The notes under the pieces were generated by a model. The model did no database searches. It was not told where the DNA came from and saw only the letters and a list, made by a program, of their open reading frames with translations. The position numbers were made by a program, and so were the translations under genes. A stretch of DNA of 62,242 nt, counting the filler, from Chiloscyllium plagiosum (taxonomy: Eukaryota): NCBI RefSeq assembly GCF_004010195.1. It is 4 parts of one record of this genome, joined end to end, with 100 filler letters (N's around TTAATTAATTAA, not from the genome) between each part and the next. Parts side by side here need not be neighbours in the genome. Positions count along the whole stretch, not along the records: positions 56,116 to 62,242 come from NC_057710.1; 3 more parts are not named here. One strand, written 5' to 3'. Each line of letters begins with the position of its first letter. Within the stretch, counting starts at the first letter, position 1. This document shows, piece by piece, positions 61,389 through 62,242 of the stretch.

Positions 61389-61598
61389 CGGGTCCTGGAG
61401 GGGGAGGGGGAGCAGCCCGAAGTCGTGGTCCATATTGGCACCAACGACATAGGTAGGAGGAGTGCCGAGGATGTTAGACAGGCTTTCAGGGAGCTAGGTT
61501 GGAAGCTCAGAGACATCACGTACCCTTGCACCTGGGAGGCAACATACCAAACGTGAGTCTCCCTCGTTCCCACAAAACCGCCTATCTGTGCCCCGAAC
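61389..61598. mobile_element. CR1 ORF1 SGNH esterase fragments, rearranged
   Basis: Plus VLEGEGEQPEVVVHIGTNDIG (61389-61511); minus VRGTDRRFCG..CCLPGARVRDVS (61508-61598). Confidence 0.85.
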
Positions 61599-62073
61599 AG
61601 ATATTCTTGTGTTGGCATTTGTTTTGATATTCTTGTGTTGGTTTTAACCCTCAAGTTTGATTGCAATCACCTGTTATTCTTTTTATCGATAAAGGTTATT
61701 TCCTTCACACTCTCCTCATGGTCTTATTACCGCAGGGATTAATCTCGTGAAACTCCTTTATGTTGTCTCTCTGTGGCATGGAGACCTTTCCATATGAATG
61801 ACGGACAAACTGTCCACAGTTCCCCAAGTACTTTTTGAACAGCACTCGACTACTACATAAAGACTTCTTCACTGTTTCACTTTAAACAATTTGCAATGAT
61901 GGACTGCACACGATTCCCTGTGCTGATTATTTGTTGTCAGATATGAAATCTGTTAATAACTCATGACGAAGGACATTTTCGCTAAACGCTCATCTGATCC
62001 TCAAACCTCTAATAAATGCAAAATTAAGAAGGATGGTGTTTTTTGCCAAAATATTTATTTGCCTTTCAAACAG

Positions 62074-62143
62074 CTGTGCTTCAAACGCAGCCATGTCAAC
62101 TGCAACATCCACTATCGACAATGGAGCTGCTTGGAGATGCTGG
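62074..62143 (+). other. Candidate 70-nt host exon
   Basis: Acceptor TTTATTTGCCTTTCAAACAG, donor TGG|GTAAGC, internal GCAGCCATG; non-repeat context. Confidence 0.35.
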
Positions 62144-62242
62144 GTAAGCGATGGCCTCGCACTTTTCCATCTGGATTATTAATCCAGCGAACCAGGTCAT
62201 GGTGCGGAGATCAGATTCGAATCCCACCACGGCAATTGGTGG

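Overview
Repeat-saturated, apparently intronic or intergenic vertebrate DNA. The repeat set (HE1-type V-SINEs, CR1/HER1-type LINEs, Deu-like SINE remnants) points to a cartilaginous fish, probably a shark (inference). No intact host gene or intact retroelement ORF is recognisable. The window holds many truncated CR1 copies (ORF1 esterase, endonuclease, RT, 3' tails), about 14 HE1 SINE loci, a second tRNA-derived SINE family, two decayed Ty3/Gypsy pieces (one Gmr1-like with an interrupted 3' LTR), L1-clade fragments, tandem repeats and five assembly gaps. The most notable structure is a set of Penelope-like element (PLE) 3' ends from at least three families. Each family has its own minimal type I hammerhead ribozyme (CUGANGA...GAAA-NN-UH), and many copies are short head-to-head inverted units with clear target-site duplications (TSDs). 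Three families are nested at 33.5-34.4 kb. A few splice-site-bounded candidate host exons are noted at low confidence. Boundaries of decayed repeats were read by eye and are approximate.
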